Source: an uncultured Chthonomonadaceae bacterium (lineage in GTDB: Bacteria; Armatimonadota; Chthonomonadetes; Chthonomonadales; Chthonomonadaceae). Taken from it: a stretch of DNA of 64,000 nucleotides. The DNA is taken from assembly GCA_963817895.1 (NCBI GenBank), contig CAWFQB010000014.1, positions 640,001 through 704,000 on the forward strand, written 5' to 3'. Each line of letters begins with the position of its first letter. Within the stretch, counting starts at the first letter, position 1. Shown here piece after piece: positions 63,320-64,000 of the stretch. Both the position numbers and the translations under genes were made by a program. A model generated the notes under the pieces. It ran no database searches, was not told the origin of the DNA, and worked only from the letters and a program-made list of their open reading frames with translations.

Positions 63320-64000
63320 ATGATGAAATTGAATTCACACGATACCATTGCCGCTGTTGCCACGCCGCCGGGAGAGGGCGGGATTGCCGTTATTCGCGTT
63401 TCGGGACCGGACGCGCTGACGGTTGCGAGTCGCGTGTTCCGTTCGCGCAATGCCGGGGATGCTACGCAATGGGCGGGTTATACCGTGCGCTACGGGCAAT
63501 TTGTCGAACCGGAAAGCGGCGACATTGTTGACGATGGCCTGCTGACCGTGTTTCGCGGCCCACACTCTTATACGGGCGAAGATACCATTGAACTCTCCTG
63601 TCATGGAGGGCGCGTCACTTCAGCGCGAACCCTGCAACTCACACTGGACGCCGGGGCGCGATTGGCCCTTCCCGGCGAGTTCACGCAGCGCGCGTTTTTG
63701 AACGGGCGCATGGATCTGGCGCAGGCGGAGGCGGTTGCGGATGTGATTCGAGCGCGGACGGAGGGGGCGCAGCGGGTGGCGAGACAGCAGCTTGACGGCG
63801 CGTTGTCCCAGGCAATTGTCAAACTGAAAGACGAACTCATCGGCATTGTGGCTGCTATCGAAGTGACGATTGATTACAGCGATGAGGTCGGCGATCTGGA
63901 ACACGCCCTGATTTTGCCGCGCATTGAAGCCGCGCGTTCGGAAATCGCGCGCCTGCTGTCCACAGCGGAACGGGGGCGGATTTTGCGGGAGGGTTTGCGC
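63320..64000 (+). CDS. mnmE: tRNA modification GTPase MnmE (3' part outside window; absent from ORF track)
   Basis: DTIAAVATPPGEGGIAVIRVSG, PHSYTGED..E..CHGG, PGEFTQRAFLNGRMDLAQAEAV. Confidence 0.95.
   Translation, partial: MMKLNSHDTIAAVATPPGEGGIAVIRVSGPDALTVASRVFRSRNAGDATQWAGYTVRYGQFVEPESGDIVDDGLLTVFRGPHSYTGEDTIELSCHGGRVTSARTLQLTLDAGARLALPGEFTQRAFLNGRMDLAQAEAVADVIRARTEGAQRVARQQLDGALSQAIVKLKDELIGIVAAIEVTIDYSDEVGDLEHALILPRIEAARSEIARLLSTAERGRILREGLR

Overview
Bacterial chromosomal window, visibly GC-rich. An Armatimonadota-like origin is an inference from the gene families present (prepilin-type H-X9-DG protein, PSD1/planctomycete cytochrome c protein, membrane HEAT-repeat paralogs). It carries housekeeping genes (hom, accB, dusB, pdxT, zwf, partial mnmE), many accessory genes, an IS3-family and an IS701-like element, and a tRNA-Leu(UAA) split by a 238-nt group I intron. 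About ten genes are broken by single-base frameshifts, most likely assembly indels. Best system candidate (16.7-23.6 kb): an OmpR-family two-component system with a His/Pro/Gly-rich sensor, a di-heme cytochrome c peroxidase-like protein, a Cyc2-like cytochrome-porin fusion and a Tat-exported intradiol-dioxygenase-like protein. All four promoters share one motif, HTTTAW-N5-TTTYAT-N10-TAnnnT. Second candidate: mirrored 6-9-nt tandem-repeat dyads that sit between a stop codon and the next RBS and also occur inside coding sequence. Third: three membrane HEAT-repeat paralogs ending in a triple LLR motif. All family assignments come from motif recognition by eye; no searches were run.
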